The notes: generated from the sequence alone by a model not told the origin. Positions 12,308-25,596 are shown, counted from the first letter of the stretch. The stretch is DNA of 48,315 nucleotides from Octopus bimaculoides (GCF_001194135.2 NC_068983.1:166855832-166904146), one strand, 5' to 3'. Program-made: numbers and translations.

Positions 12308-15300
12308 AATAAAATGAAATCATTAACACCACCAATTATATTTTTAAAAGGCAGAAATTATTTGTTGACAGACAACTTCTAGGTTAATCTCAGTTAAAGA
12401 ACTCAGATTTTACTCTATTTACCATTTCTAAATAAGATCTAAAACATTTTCCCAGGTCATTCAGTTAAATATTTCAAACATTATCTCTTATTTTACAAAC
12501 AATTGCGTTCATTGCTTTTAAGAAGTTTTCCTATCTAAGTTAGATAACTCTTGACATTTCAACCTGGCAGCAGTTATCTTTTACTCGAACATAGATGCAG
12601 CTTTGGCTGTGTGGTTAAGATGCTTGCTTGCCAACCACATGGATTTAGGTTCAGTCCCACTGCAAGATGCCTTGAGAGTCGTCTTCTACTAACGACCCCA
12701 GACCAACCAAAGCCTTCAATAGATTTGGCAGATGGAAATTGAAATAAGACCGTCTTGTAAGTCTCTCTCTCATCATTTAATGTCCATTTTGTGACGTTTT
12801 GACCAGAACTGCATTAGGCTCCAATTGTTTGCTTTGGCAAAGCTTCTACAGTTGGACACCCTTCCTAACGCTAACCACCTTACTACACACAGGGGTCCTT
12901 TTCCCATGATGCCAGTATTGGTCATTAGGTGGCACCAGCATGGGTGCTGTTTACATGGCACCTGTGTGTGCGTACATATATATAGCAATAACTCTTGAAA
13001 TGTACCTGGCTCTAAATTCTACAGGTAATCTATAGAGATGAATACATATATATAAATAATATACACGGCAGTGTGTGTGTGTGTGTGTGTGGCGGTGTTC
13101 CTTTGCATTTCTACCTGTTTGTGATGTATGGGTTGTGTTATTACTGTCAGTTCTTCTGTCAACAAATCATCCATTTGCTTCACACACCTTTCAAGACATA
13201 ATGAATAAGAGCTCTCTCTCTCTCTTACTTGAAAAACCAGGTGTGGGTCAGTGATAGGAAGGCCACTGTCTCATGTTCATCTGACCCATGCTGACATGGA
13301 AAACACAAAACTGATAATTACCAAAACATCAGAAATTGTAGAAATATGAAGTACCACCTAATGTCACTTGACCATTTTTATAGATTTAAATTTAAAATTC
13401 CTCTTTCTTATTCTGAACATAATCTTTTATAGAGGTAAATGTTGTTTTGGATACAACATACCTACAAAGAGACTTTGTCTCAGATGAAAATCTACAGCAT
13501 CATGCCTTTTAATGTGTGTGTGTGTGTGTGTGTGTTAAGCATGGTAGTACATAGACGGCTATTGAAATTTAATGCTGTTTCATTTGCACACACTGAGTTT
13601 ATTACAGTTCAGCAAGCTTTTCACAATATCAGTGAATGTATTATTTGCTGTTTCCTGTATGTCAAAAAAGGGACAAATTTCATTTAGGCATGACAAGTGG
13701 GTATTCATTATTAAATGACAATGCTTAGAATGGCCCTAACACATCTGGCACTGTCATGATCCACAGCTGGGATGCTGTTGGCAGCATCACGCCTTTCTGT
13801 ACATTTGGTATGTTATATAAATGGCTATTTTAATTTAATGCTGTTTCACTTTTGTTCATCAAGTAAATAACATGTTAGAGAAAACCAATAGTGATGAGGG
13901 CCTGGCCATAGCCTGATGTATTGCAAGAAAAATAAGGGATTATGTTCAGTGATTGAGTAATGACCCCCAATAAATTGCTAGGAATCAAAAAGGGTTCAAG
14001 ATTTAAAGATCAAAACTATTTTCATGTTTTCTGTTTCCATGGTGAAATTTTTCTTTATTGTTTCATGGAGCAGAAAAGCGGGGCATTTTGTATCATGTCG
14101 TCCGTGATATCTTTGTCATTGTTTCAGAGCGAATAAAGGCTACTTACTGACTAGAAACACCATAAAATGCTCTAGCATCATCCTGGCCATTTGTATTCAG
14201 ATCAGCCTGAAAAATAAAAGGAAAGGCAATTTACAAAACTCGTACTTATACATAAATGCACATTTGGACACACAGACAGATGAGAAATTGAGCACCAAAG
14301 GTGAGGATAGAGATGCTGTCCCTTTAGGGTTTCTTGCACCTGCAATATATGAGGACAGTGTGTGAGAGGGAGGGAGAGAAAGAGAACTGTGATGGAACGG
14401 CCATGCAACGGGGGATGACAGGGGACAGCTGGGGATGTGTGCGTGAAGTGAGAAGGGGAAGACTTGCGACAAAGTGGGGAAGACAAATGTGAAACTGTTA
14501 CCTTCAAAAAAGAAATGACAAAGAACTGTGATGAGCGGGAGTTGTGCAGGAGGAGACATGGTTGCCTACCCAAGGGTGTCAAAATAGACATTGAAACTAT
14601 GTTATGTTCATTTGTACATAACGAATATTTATAGATTCTCTACAAGAGTAAACAATGTTTGCCTCTATCAAAACTGATGAGAGTCAACCAGGTTGAAATC
14701 AGGATGTTCACTAAATACAACAAAATATGATTCAATTTCTTGGGGTTAAAAAAGAGAAATTGATTTACTGTCTGAAGTAAAAGTTACAAGGTGGCAATTA
14801 CAAGAATATTTATTTCTAAAAGGAAATTGTACGAATATACACACACACACACACAATATTTTTAAAAGGTAATTAGTAATCTTAAACAAAGCCTAGTTAA
14901 GAAATAGAAACAGCTGTAACTTGATTTGTCATTTGTTTATATAGAAATAATAAAACTGGACTGAATTTATCATTTACTGATTCAAATATTCAATTTATTA
15001 TTTTGTTTCCTTTCCTAATTTATAAATATATATGAATAACCCCTATTTTGCAGAAAAAAAGTGTAGGTGGTTAGCTAACCACCAACACTTTTTTCTGCAA
15101 AATAGGGGTAGTGTATCCTGTTCAGGCTATATTATTAGCATTGTCCTGCGTTTGAGAATTTAAAAATCACTTCTTTAACTTTCTAAGACATCTCAACGCT
15201 TCTAAAAGCAACCTTCGTTTGTTTGTTTACATTTGTCATAATTTGAATTTAATATATAAATAAATTAAGAAATGGAGTTAAATGCAGACGTTATTCAAAT

Positions 15301-18300
15301 CTTTATACTTCCGACATATGTTTCAAAGAAAACATTGATATTATTCCGGAGAGAATAAAATGATGAAAAATAATGCAATCATCTCGTCAGTAAAAAAAGA
15401 GAAACAACACACATCAAGAAGCCATTTTAACCGAATGTGATTACCACGTATATGATGAAGGGAACACTGGCAAGTTATTTTTTAAAAAAACTGTTAATAG
15501 ATTTATATGTATGTATGTATGTATGTATGAACATGCTTAGTAGCTTACAAAGTGTGTCAACTACACACACACGTGACGATATATACATGTATGTATGGAA
15601 ATATATATAATATAGAGAAATAAAGAAAAGCAACAGACTTACCCAAAATTTAACTAAGAAAAATGCTGCTTGAGGACCTTTATCATACAATTCCTTTAAA
15701 CCACCTTTCTTTTCAGGGAATTTATCATATATTTGTTTGATATCAACAGCCTAAAGATGGAAGAGAAATAAAAAGGAATTAAATCCCATAGGCATAAATA
15801 ATATTTCTTATGCATTTAACATTATTACATTGACATGAACATCACTAACAACACCAAAATTATCTCATAAACATCTTCCTTCACCCTCACCAAATCTGTA
15901 AACCCAAATTCACATTAGTTCCTTAGTTTTGTAGCTTTAGTCTAAATTTATTTCAATCTGAACCTAATAATTTCTTCTTTGTGGTTGGTAACCATCTGAA
16001 AACATTTTCAACATCTGGTTTTTGGGGAGCTTTTAGTAGGGTTTTGATATAGTTTTTGACTGTTTTTACCTAAATTTGAAATAATATCATTGGGCATTAC
16101 TGATTCCAAAATCTATCAATAGTCCTTAATAAGTTTGTTTGCCTTTGTTTCTATTGATTTCGAAAATAATGAAGAATTTAGTAAAACAACTTTGTCGTTA
16201 TAAACAGGTAACTAGAACTTAAATAAAATAAAATTTTGATGGAAGGTTTGAATTTAGATAATTTTAAAACAGAAAATTTGTATCTTAAAAAGAAGGGCAG
16301 TCTCAGAAAGGCTGGTATCAAAAAGGTCGATTCTATTCAAATTGTCATAAAAAAGGCACAAGATTCCTGGAAATTACGCCAATTTCAGGTTATCTTGGAG
16401 ATGTTTCTCATTACCTAATTAATGGCCAAGAAATGAAATGGAACTCACTTCTACAAGACAATGAAATACATGAAATGATTCGAACAGAGCACTGCACCAA
16501 CAAATGGTACTTATTTATAGTTTTGTGGACTCACAGAAAACTAAGAGACTTAGCCAAAGACACAATTTAGGAATGGTAAAAGGATAGAAATTGTTGATCT
16601 GCAATTCTAATAATCTCACAACTTAGCCAACTATGATTCACTTTATTTTTTGGAAATTCTTAAAAAAAAATTTAATAATCCATTTTTGAATAACAGAGCA
16701 GAATGTAAAGCTGCAGTTGCAGGGTCACCTTCCTAGTGTTGGTGGCATGGAAGACACAAAAAAAAAGCACCAGTCCATTCAGTAAAGTGGTTGGTAATAA
16801 TAATAATAATAATAATAAGGGTATCCAACCACAGAAACCAAACCAAAAATAAAACAACTGGAGTCTATTGAATCGTGTCAAACTGTCCAACTCATGGAAC
16901 AGGAATGTTTGTTGGTGTTGATGATGATGATGACGGTGGTGGTGTTGGTGATGATGATGATGATGATGATGATGATGAGAGCAAAATATTTAACAAGGAG
17001 TAAATCTACTCACCTCCAGTAAAGGATCCGAATAGCTGGCATTTGATTCTATGTGTACAAATAAATGTTTGTGATACTGAATTAAGAAAGAAAGAGAGAA
17101 AAGTAAAACAATATTATCAAGTTTGCCAAATAAAAATAATTTATTTTACAGGAGAGAGAAGAAGAAGAAGAAGAAAAAAGTCCCCTCAAATCAGTGGAAA
17201 TAACTTACTGAATCTGGCTCCCGATGATGTTCCAAGAAAGCAGAGAACTCAACCAAACGTAATTTCGGACCAGCAATTGACCGACCTTGCCAAGGTGGAC
17301 TTACTTCATTGTGTGATGTGTTGGGTTTTGTATCTAAGCCATAAGGTGGAGTGGCAAACGGTTTCACACTGGAGGAGACAAAATTTAAAAAATGCTTTAT
17401 TATTATATTGAAATAGTGCAAAGTGTGAGGTTTTATGAATTTTTAAAATTATTTTTGGTGGTGGTGGTGGTGGTGGGGTTTATTTTATTTAGAATGTGCA
17501 GTTCTGCTATCTAAGTGCCTGCCTGTGTGATTTCCAGTATAAATAAATTAGCTATTATCATTATTATTATTATTCAGATGGTAAGCTAGCAAAATTGTTA
17601 ACTGGTGGAAATACTTTGTGGTATTTCGTCTGCCGTTAGGGTTTGAGTTCAAATTCCACTGAGGTTGACTTTGCCTTTCATCTTTTCGGGGGTCGGTAAA
17701 ATTAGTACCAGTTACGTACTGGGGTCAATGCAATTGACTTAATCCCTTCTCCCAAAATTTGAGGCCTTGTGCTTCTAGTTGAAAGGATTATTATTATTAT
17801 TATTGAGGCAGCAAGTTGGCAGAAATGTTAGCATGCCGGGCGAAATGTTTAGTGGTATTTCGTCTGTTGCTATGTTCTGAGTTCAAATTCAACCGAGGTC
17901 GACTTTGACATTCATCCTTTCGGGATCGGTAAAATAAGTACCGGCTGAATACTGGGGTCAATGTAATCAACTCTCCCCCTCCCACCAAATTTCAGGCCTT
18001 GTGCCTATAGTAGGAAGGATTATTATTATAATCATCCTCATCCTCATTATATCAATGGCTATTTTTCTATTGAAATAATCTGTCTTTATTACAATTAATT
18101 TTAAAAATAATTAAGAATCTAGTAATTATTAAGCTGGTGTATGAAACTTAAAATGAATATGAAATTTTAATGGTGGATTTTAATTTAGTTTAAAACTGGA
18201 AGTAATTTTGGAAGTCTACTTTTGCCACCCTGGGATAATAGAAAATATGGCAGACATACAATGATTATAATTGAACTTTTATCAAATTTCTTGCTGTTCA

Positions 18301-20104
18301 TATGAAATAATGAAATAGATTTTTAAAAGAAAAATATTCATTACATTAATATAAAATAAAAAACAAATTTCTCATTTGTATATTTACAACAAATTATTAT
18401 TTTCCTTAATTTTATCAACATAATTGCAATCCACACCATCAAAAAAAGAAAAAAAAAAAAACTTCAAAATTCATAAAAAATTTTTTCAGAAAGTTATGAC
18501 ACTCATTCTGCCCCTTTTTATGTTAACTCTCTCTCTCTCTCTCTCTCTCTGCTTCTCTTTTGCTTTTTTTTTTCTTTCTCTCTCTCTCTGTTTCTCTTTT
18601 GCTTTTTTTCTTTCTTTCTCTCTCTCTCTGTTTCTCTTTTGCTTTTTTTTTCTTTCTCCCTCTCTCTGTTTCTCTTTTGCTTTTTCTCTCTCTCTGTTTC
18701 TCTTTTGCGTTTTTTTTTCTTTCTCTCTCTCTGTTTCTCTTTTGCTTTTTCTCTCTCTCTCTGTTTCTCTTTTGCTTTTTTTTTTCTCTCTCTCTCTCTT
18801 TCTATGACTGGAGAAATCAACCAACCAACATTTTATACTGGCTTTTATCAAAGGGACATTTAAAATACGATCCTAATTTTCAACATAGTTACAGTAAAAG
18901 AGAGAAAATTAAATCCATGTTTCAATATAGTTAGTCTTTTGTTCATTAATTAAAAGATGGAAATTTCCAAATCATTCTTATACTGAAGATAAACCAGAAG
19001 AGGAACAGATATAATCCTGATGGTTGCAACGAAGGAAATCTAAACTAGAGAAATGCGAACAGAGATAAGGAGAGTAGAGGACATTATGGAAGAATAGGAA
19101 CTGTTTTGTGAGCATATTTCTGCTGAAATATATTGTCTTTGTTCCAATTAATTTAGAAAATAATGAAGCGTTTGATTAAAATATCTTTGTCATCGTGTCT
19201 GGAACATAAACATGAAAGTTTGATGGACAAAGTTTTAATTTTTGATCATTTTAAATCAGGAAATTTCTATAATTAACAGCAGCATCAGCAGTCTCAAGCC
19301 AGTTTTGGATACCAAAACAGTGAACTCTGACCAAAATAGCTTCAACACATTGATTCTATTTGACAGGAATGTAATGTTAATGAGATGACTATTGAAACAG
19401 AAGAGACACAACATTAGGGAAGTACTTACTCTGGTGTTTGGGGTGGCATTCCTGGTCCCCAGAACTGGAAGAGAAACAAAAACATTTAATATGACAGCTA
19501 ATATATAAGACTGACATGGTGGCGTGTATAGTCAGATAGTCTTTTACACACACACACACACATCAACAAATCTGATGAATGAAATGCCCTAAACTATTTA
19601 ATTCTGATGCAACCCTTTAGCATTTAAACAAAACATTTAAAATATTTTATGCTTTTTTTTAATGCTCAAACTGGTCAGATTCAGCCTCTCACACCTGCCT
19701 TACAATGTCATTTTAAAATAAACAATTACATCCTTGAAATCTCAATGCTACAAGATAATAGCTGATTAATTCAAAACAATTTGAATACCTAAGAAGCCTC
19801 CCATTTAATAAAGTCAGATGAATGCTAGAGTTAAACACCACAAACTTTTTCCTTGACCAAACGTATTAAATTGCTGCGATTTGTCTTTTGTTTTCAATAA
19901 ACTGAAAGAAAACACTCCTTCAACATTTAAGGGAAGAGTACCTTTTGTAATAACAAAGCTTCAAACATTTGTAGAACTTCATTAAAAGCCAAGAATTGTT
20001 AATTACAGATATATTTTTATTATATTTTGAAATTGTAAACCAATGTGACATTTTAAGATGGAAGTCAATTTCTGATGAAATGTGCAGCCAAGTATTGCAT
20101 ACAA

Positions 20105-20148
<44 letters not shown>

Positions 20149-21020
20149 TTTACTTCTCAGAGCTCTCAGTTTCCCTTATTCTAGTTAATTCTGTAAAAGC
20201 AAGCAGCAACCTGGTGTGAAAGGTCTCACAGAGTCTCTTTCCACAACACCCAAGTACCAACTCGCTGTCCCCAAACAGAGCAGTTTTTAGAGCATGTTCT
20301 ACCCTCACGTCAATCCCAATTTCTCAAACATTGTTGTTACTCCTCCCACTACAGGGAGGACCCTTACTCTCTTCATTACCCACATTCTTGCAATTTTGTC
20401 TTTTACTAACTTGTAACACTGTTGTTGTTGTTCAGGCCTTGTGCTTTTAGTAGAAAGGCTTATCATCATTATTAAGACAGTGAGCTGACAGAATTGTTAG
20501 TGCGTCAGACAAAATGCTTAGCAGTATTCCTTCCACTTCTTTACATTCTGAATTCCATTCTCACAGCCATAACTTTCATCCTTTCAAAGTTTATAAAATA
20601 ACATTCAGGTGCTGCGGTCAATGATGTAATTGACTGAGCCCTTCCCTCATCATCATCATCATCATCATCATCATTAATTATTATTAAGGTGGGAAGCTGG
20701 CACAAATCATTGAAACACCAGCAATTTTTAGCAGTGTTTTGTCCACCTTCACATTCTGAGTTCAAATGTCACCTAAGCCAATTTTGCTTTAGGGGTTGTT
20801 CAATAAAATAAGGACCAGTCAAGCACTGGAGTCAATGTAATCAGCTAGCCCCCTCACCACCACCCAACTCCTGTAAAATTCCTTGTGCCCATTGTGGAAA
20901 TTATTACTCTTTTTTTTTCTGTTTTTTTTTAACTCAGGTTTTTTTGTTGGGGCTCTTGGAATGCATAAGTAGCGGGTTTGCAACCTGCGGCCTACGGTAC
21001 CTCGCTATTTGTTCTCTTCA

Positions 21021-21086
<66 letters not shown>

Positions 21087-23531
21087 GGTGGTGAGCTTGC
21101 AAGATCATTAGCACAGTGGGCATTCCATCTGTCTTTACGTTCTGAGTTCAAATTCTGTCAAAGTCAACTTTGCCTTTTCGGGATTGCTAAAATAAGTACT
21201 AGATGAGTATCGGGGGCGATGTAATCAACATAACCCCTCCCCCAAACTTGCTGGCTTTGTGCCAAAATTCGAAACCATTATTATTGTTGTTGTTATGAAT
21301 CCACACACAGAAGCAGCCGCTGTGAGATTTAATACTTCTCCAGAGACTCAGTCCATTTCATCCCAACATAATCAACAGAATTCATATAAATATGTTATTC
21401 TAAACACCACAATTGTTCAAAATTAAAACAAATTAAATAAAAATATTCTCTTCCTTCCCAACAACATTTTTGTTCAGTCACATTAAAAAAAGTGTAATTT
21501 AGCCTCAATTTTAATATCCCATTGTTCACTCTGTCTCTTATCTCTATTGTGTTTCCACCTGTTGTCATAAATTCATCTTCAACAATGGAAAGAAAAAGAC
21601 GATTTCCCATAATCCATCCAACATGTCTGCAAAATCAATGAATACCTGACTCACTGAAATTAAATCCACGTTAAATCCACGTTAAGAGACGCAACAGACC
21701 TGGGTATATCGTGGCACTCCGTCGGTCACGATAATGAGGGTCCCAGTTGATCCAATCGACGGAACAGCCTGCTCATGAAATTAACGTGCAAGTGGCTGAG
21801 TACTCCACAGACACGTGTACCCTTAATGTAATTGTTGGGGAGATTCAGCGTGACAGAGTGTGACAAGGCTGGCCCTTTGAAATACAGGTACAACAGAAAC
21901 AGGAAGGAGAGAAAATTGTGGTGAAAGAGTACAGCAGGGTTTGCCACCACCCCCTGCCAGAGCCTCGGGGAGCTTTTGGTGTCTTCACTGAATAAGCACT
22001 CACAATGCCTGGTCTGCGAATCAAAGCCACGATCCTATGACCGTGAGTTTGCTGCCCTAACCACTGAGCCATTGTGCCTCCACAGACCTAGGTATAATAT
22101 CTATGTTGATATATGGGAGACCAAGTTTAAAAAAGGGTTGATTGAGAATGAGGTAATATNNNNNNNNNNNNNNNNNNNNNNNNNNNNNNNNNNNNNNNNN
22201 NNNNNNNNNNNNNNNNNNNNNNNNNNNNNNNNNNNNNNNNNNNNNGATGGTTAGAGTGTCAGGCTCACAATCATGAAGTAGAGAGTTCGATTCCTGGACT
22301 GGGCTCTGTGTTGTGTTCTTGACTAAGATACTTTAATTCACGTTGCTCCAGTTCACTCAGCTGTAGAAATGAGTTGTAGTAATGTCACAGGTGCCAAGCT
22401 GTATCGGCCCCTTTGCCCATCCCTTGGATAACACCGGTGGTGTGGAATGGGGAGGCCGCTATGCATGGGTGACTGCTGGTCTTCCACAAACAACATTGCC
22501 CAGACTTGTGCCTGGGAGGGTAACTTCCTAGGTGCAATCACATGGTCAGTCATGACTGAAGAAGGTCTTTATTTTTTTTTAAACCTGACCCCAAAATAGT
22601 CAGTTAGATCCCTCATGTTTGGTCCCAATGCATGGCACCTTAGACAGGTATCTCCTACCAGAACTCTAAACCAACTAAGACTTTTTGAGTGGATTTGGTG
22701 GATGGAAACTGAGAGTGGCCCCTTGCATGTGCATGTATATGTGCGTGTACACACACACACACATTTCTGTCTCCTTATCTTAACATGTAATGGTTGTAAA
22801 TGAATGTCATTCAATTCCAGTCTTCTGCAAAAGCATGTCTGGCCATGGGAAAATATTACCTTAGACATATATTAGACATAGAGAAAGAGGTGGGGGCTTA
22901 GCTACAAGGACATCTGTCCATAGAAAATCTGTTTGACCCATGCAAGCATGGAGAAGGGTGCATTAAAATGATGTTGTTGTTATCCATCTATAAATATGTC
23001 TGTCTGTGTGTATGACTAACCTGACCAACTGATGAATTCAGAAGTCACCACGAGACACTCCATCCTTTCCCCTTAATAATCAACATAATCCCCATTATTC
23101 TTGTTATGTTAAGGGAGCTGAGTCAACAAGTCTGTAAACCCTAAAACCTGATCAGTGTGATGGCTTATTGCCAAAAATCCCTACGGATGGTTCAGAAGCT
23201 TGCTTTGCAACCATATGCTTTAAGTTCACTCCCACTGCATTTGTCCTTGGGGGAGGGGGGAGTGTTTTCTACAATAGTCCCCGGCCAGTCAATGCCTTCA
23301 GACTGGATTTGGTTGAAAAACTATGTGGAAGTTCATTGTGTGTATAGATATATCTGTGTGTGCATGTGTTTGTGCCCCCCCCACTAGTGTTGGTTTGTTT
23401 ACATCCTTATAATGCAGCAGTTTGGCAATAAGTCCCAGGGTTGATTTGTTTGACTAAACCTTTCAAAGCAACGCTCCAGCATGGCCAGTTCAAAAAAAGA
23501 AAAAAGACTGAAACAAGACAAAAGACATATT

Positions 23532-23579
<48 letters not shown>

Positions 23580-25538
23580 CTCTCCTCTCAATATTATTTC
23601 AAGAGCCCTGGCCAGGGAAACAAGCGGAGGGATATACTTACAGCTGCGGGGGCAGCAGAATATGTCGGCCTGACTGGAGACATTCCTGATGGTAATCCAC
23701 CCAATCCGGATGCGACAGCCTTGTTGTGGATGGCACTGGCTGAGACAATCTGTGCAGATGACATTGAAGCCATACTTTGAAGTGCTTTGTCTTTGGCAGC
23801 TTGATCCTAAAGAGGAAACGGTGCAAATTAGTAACAAACAACAAAAAATCATTTGTGTCTTGGTTCGGTAAAAGGAAACAATCCTATGACTTCACATTAG
23901 GCCAAGGTGGGTCACACATGATCCCTAGTCACAATTTTGTATTGGTTCTCCATCGAAATAGGAACAGATGCCAAAAGAACAAAAGATATTTACTCTCTAT
24001 TTTACCAATCTTTGATAAACTTAAATTAATTTAAAATACTATTTCTTTTCTTATCTTTGTGATGGTTAAAAATTTCTCTAATTACTAAATTTAACCTAAA
24101 TCTAAAATATAACAAAAATGCTTTGTAATTTTAGCTATAAAGCACAAGCCACAAAACTGAACTGGAGGCTTTCAAAATTACAATTTCATTTAAAAATGAT
24201 TAAATTGTTTCACTAGCTTAATTATTTCCAGTTCTAAATATTATTTAATTATCAATTCTTTCTTTTTATAAACATATTTCATTATGGCTTAATAATAAAG
24301 CGATTTGACAAGAAAGGAACTTTCCAAAAGCAGTAAAATAAAATTTTATACAAAGATGATCCTAATGTAAGTATATCTATGCATGTAACCAAAACCAAAA
24401 CAATCTTTTGGATAAATAGAAAATGATAAAATTTTTTATATATTCTCATAAAAATGTGTTTATTCCTCATTTGAACACCATCTTTGCTCAAAGCTCACAG
24501 CTTTCATCCACTATGACCAACTTCTCTCCTACTTTGTAGTCTCCAGTGATAATTGACAATTCAAACTAGAAAAGAAACATCCCAATTAACTAACTTCTAC
24601 TTAAATTCTCATCTAAGTATATCTAACCAAAACATTTAGGCAATTTTTGTATCTATCTAAAATGGTGGTAAAATCTTTGAATATATTGAAATAAAAACTG
24701 TTGTATTTCTCGTTCATTTTCCATATCATCTTGATTGAAAACACAGAGATTACTTTCTACAGCTTTCATTCACTGTAATTGCTTATCCTACTTCATCCTT
24801 GTCTCTCATTAGCAGCTTCTTTGCCACTTCTACCCACAAGTCCTAACTTTCTCTACAACCACAGAACAGTACTTACATAATCCATTATTTTATAATTTTC
24901 AATTTTAAATAAATATTTAAAAGGTTTTACATGTTTTTTTCATTCACCTTTTATATTTTACAAATTTTAATCTTCCTTTAAAAATTAAGAAGACAAACTG
25001 GATGTTGTCAGTCTCCACATACAAAAACACAATTACAATGTCTGTGCAACTCAAAGGCCAAGGCTGCCTTTGACTTTTCCAATCCAAAACGTTTTTAAAC
25101 CAACTTCTATCCCAGTGCTTCTCACCTGATCCAAAACCTGGATTCTTTTAGATGGCCGCACCAAAACCAGTAAAGCACAAGCCATTTAAAGAAAAGTTTA
25201 TTACATTTAGAGAGGGAAGACAGTTGAAAGGATGCTTGAGTCCCTGGGAGCCGCATGTGGTCAAGAACTACTGTTCTAAATGTTGTTGTCTATCAATTTA
25301 TCTTCGTCCAACTCCACAGTTGAAAGTCAAATATTTTCACGTCTCAAAGTTTCTTATTTGATGTAAACTATATTGTGCGTAAATAAATGTATTTAATAAT
25401 ATTCTTTGTATATTAATTTGCCTAACTTGCTCATCCTTACATTGACTCCTCTACCTGCTCAAGTTCAAATCTCTTGAGCACTACAAAGTGTATTCTATAC
25501 AGAGAATACCTCTAATCTCTAATCTATTAACCATATGA

Positions 25539-25596
<58 letters not shown>

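Noticed and set aside
14197-14591. Two 120-129 aa minus-strand ORFs in a purine-rich, GC-elevated patch
   Set aside because: S/P/L/F-rich translation explained by strand pyrimidine bias; no domain recognised.
18424-18934. Five overlapping K/R/E-rich or F/L/S-rich ORFs
   Set aside because: Translations of the TC/GA minisatellite.
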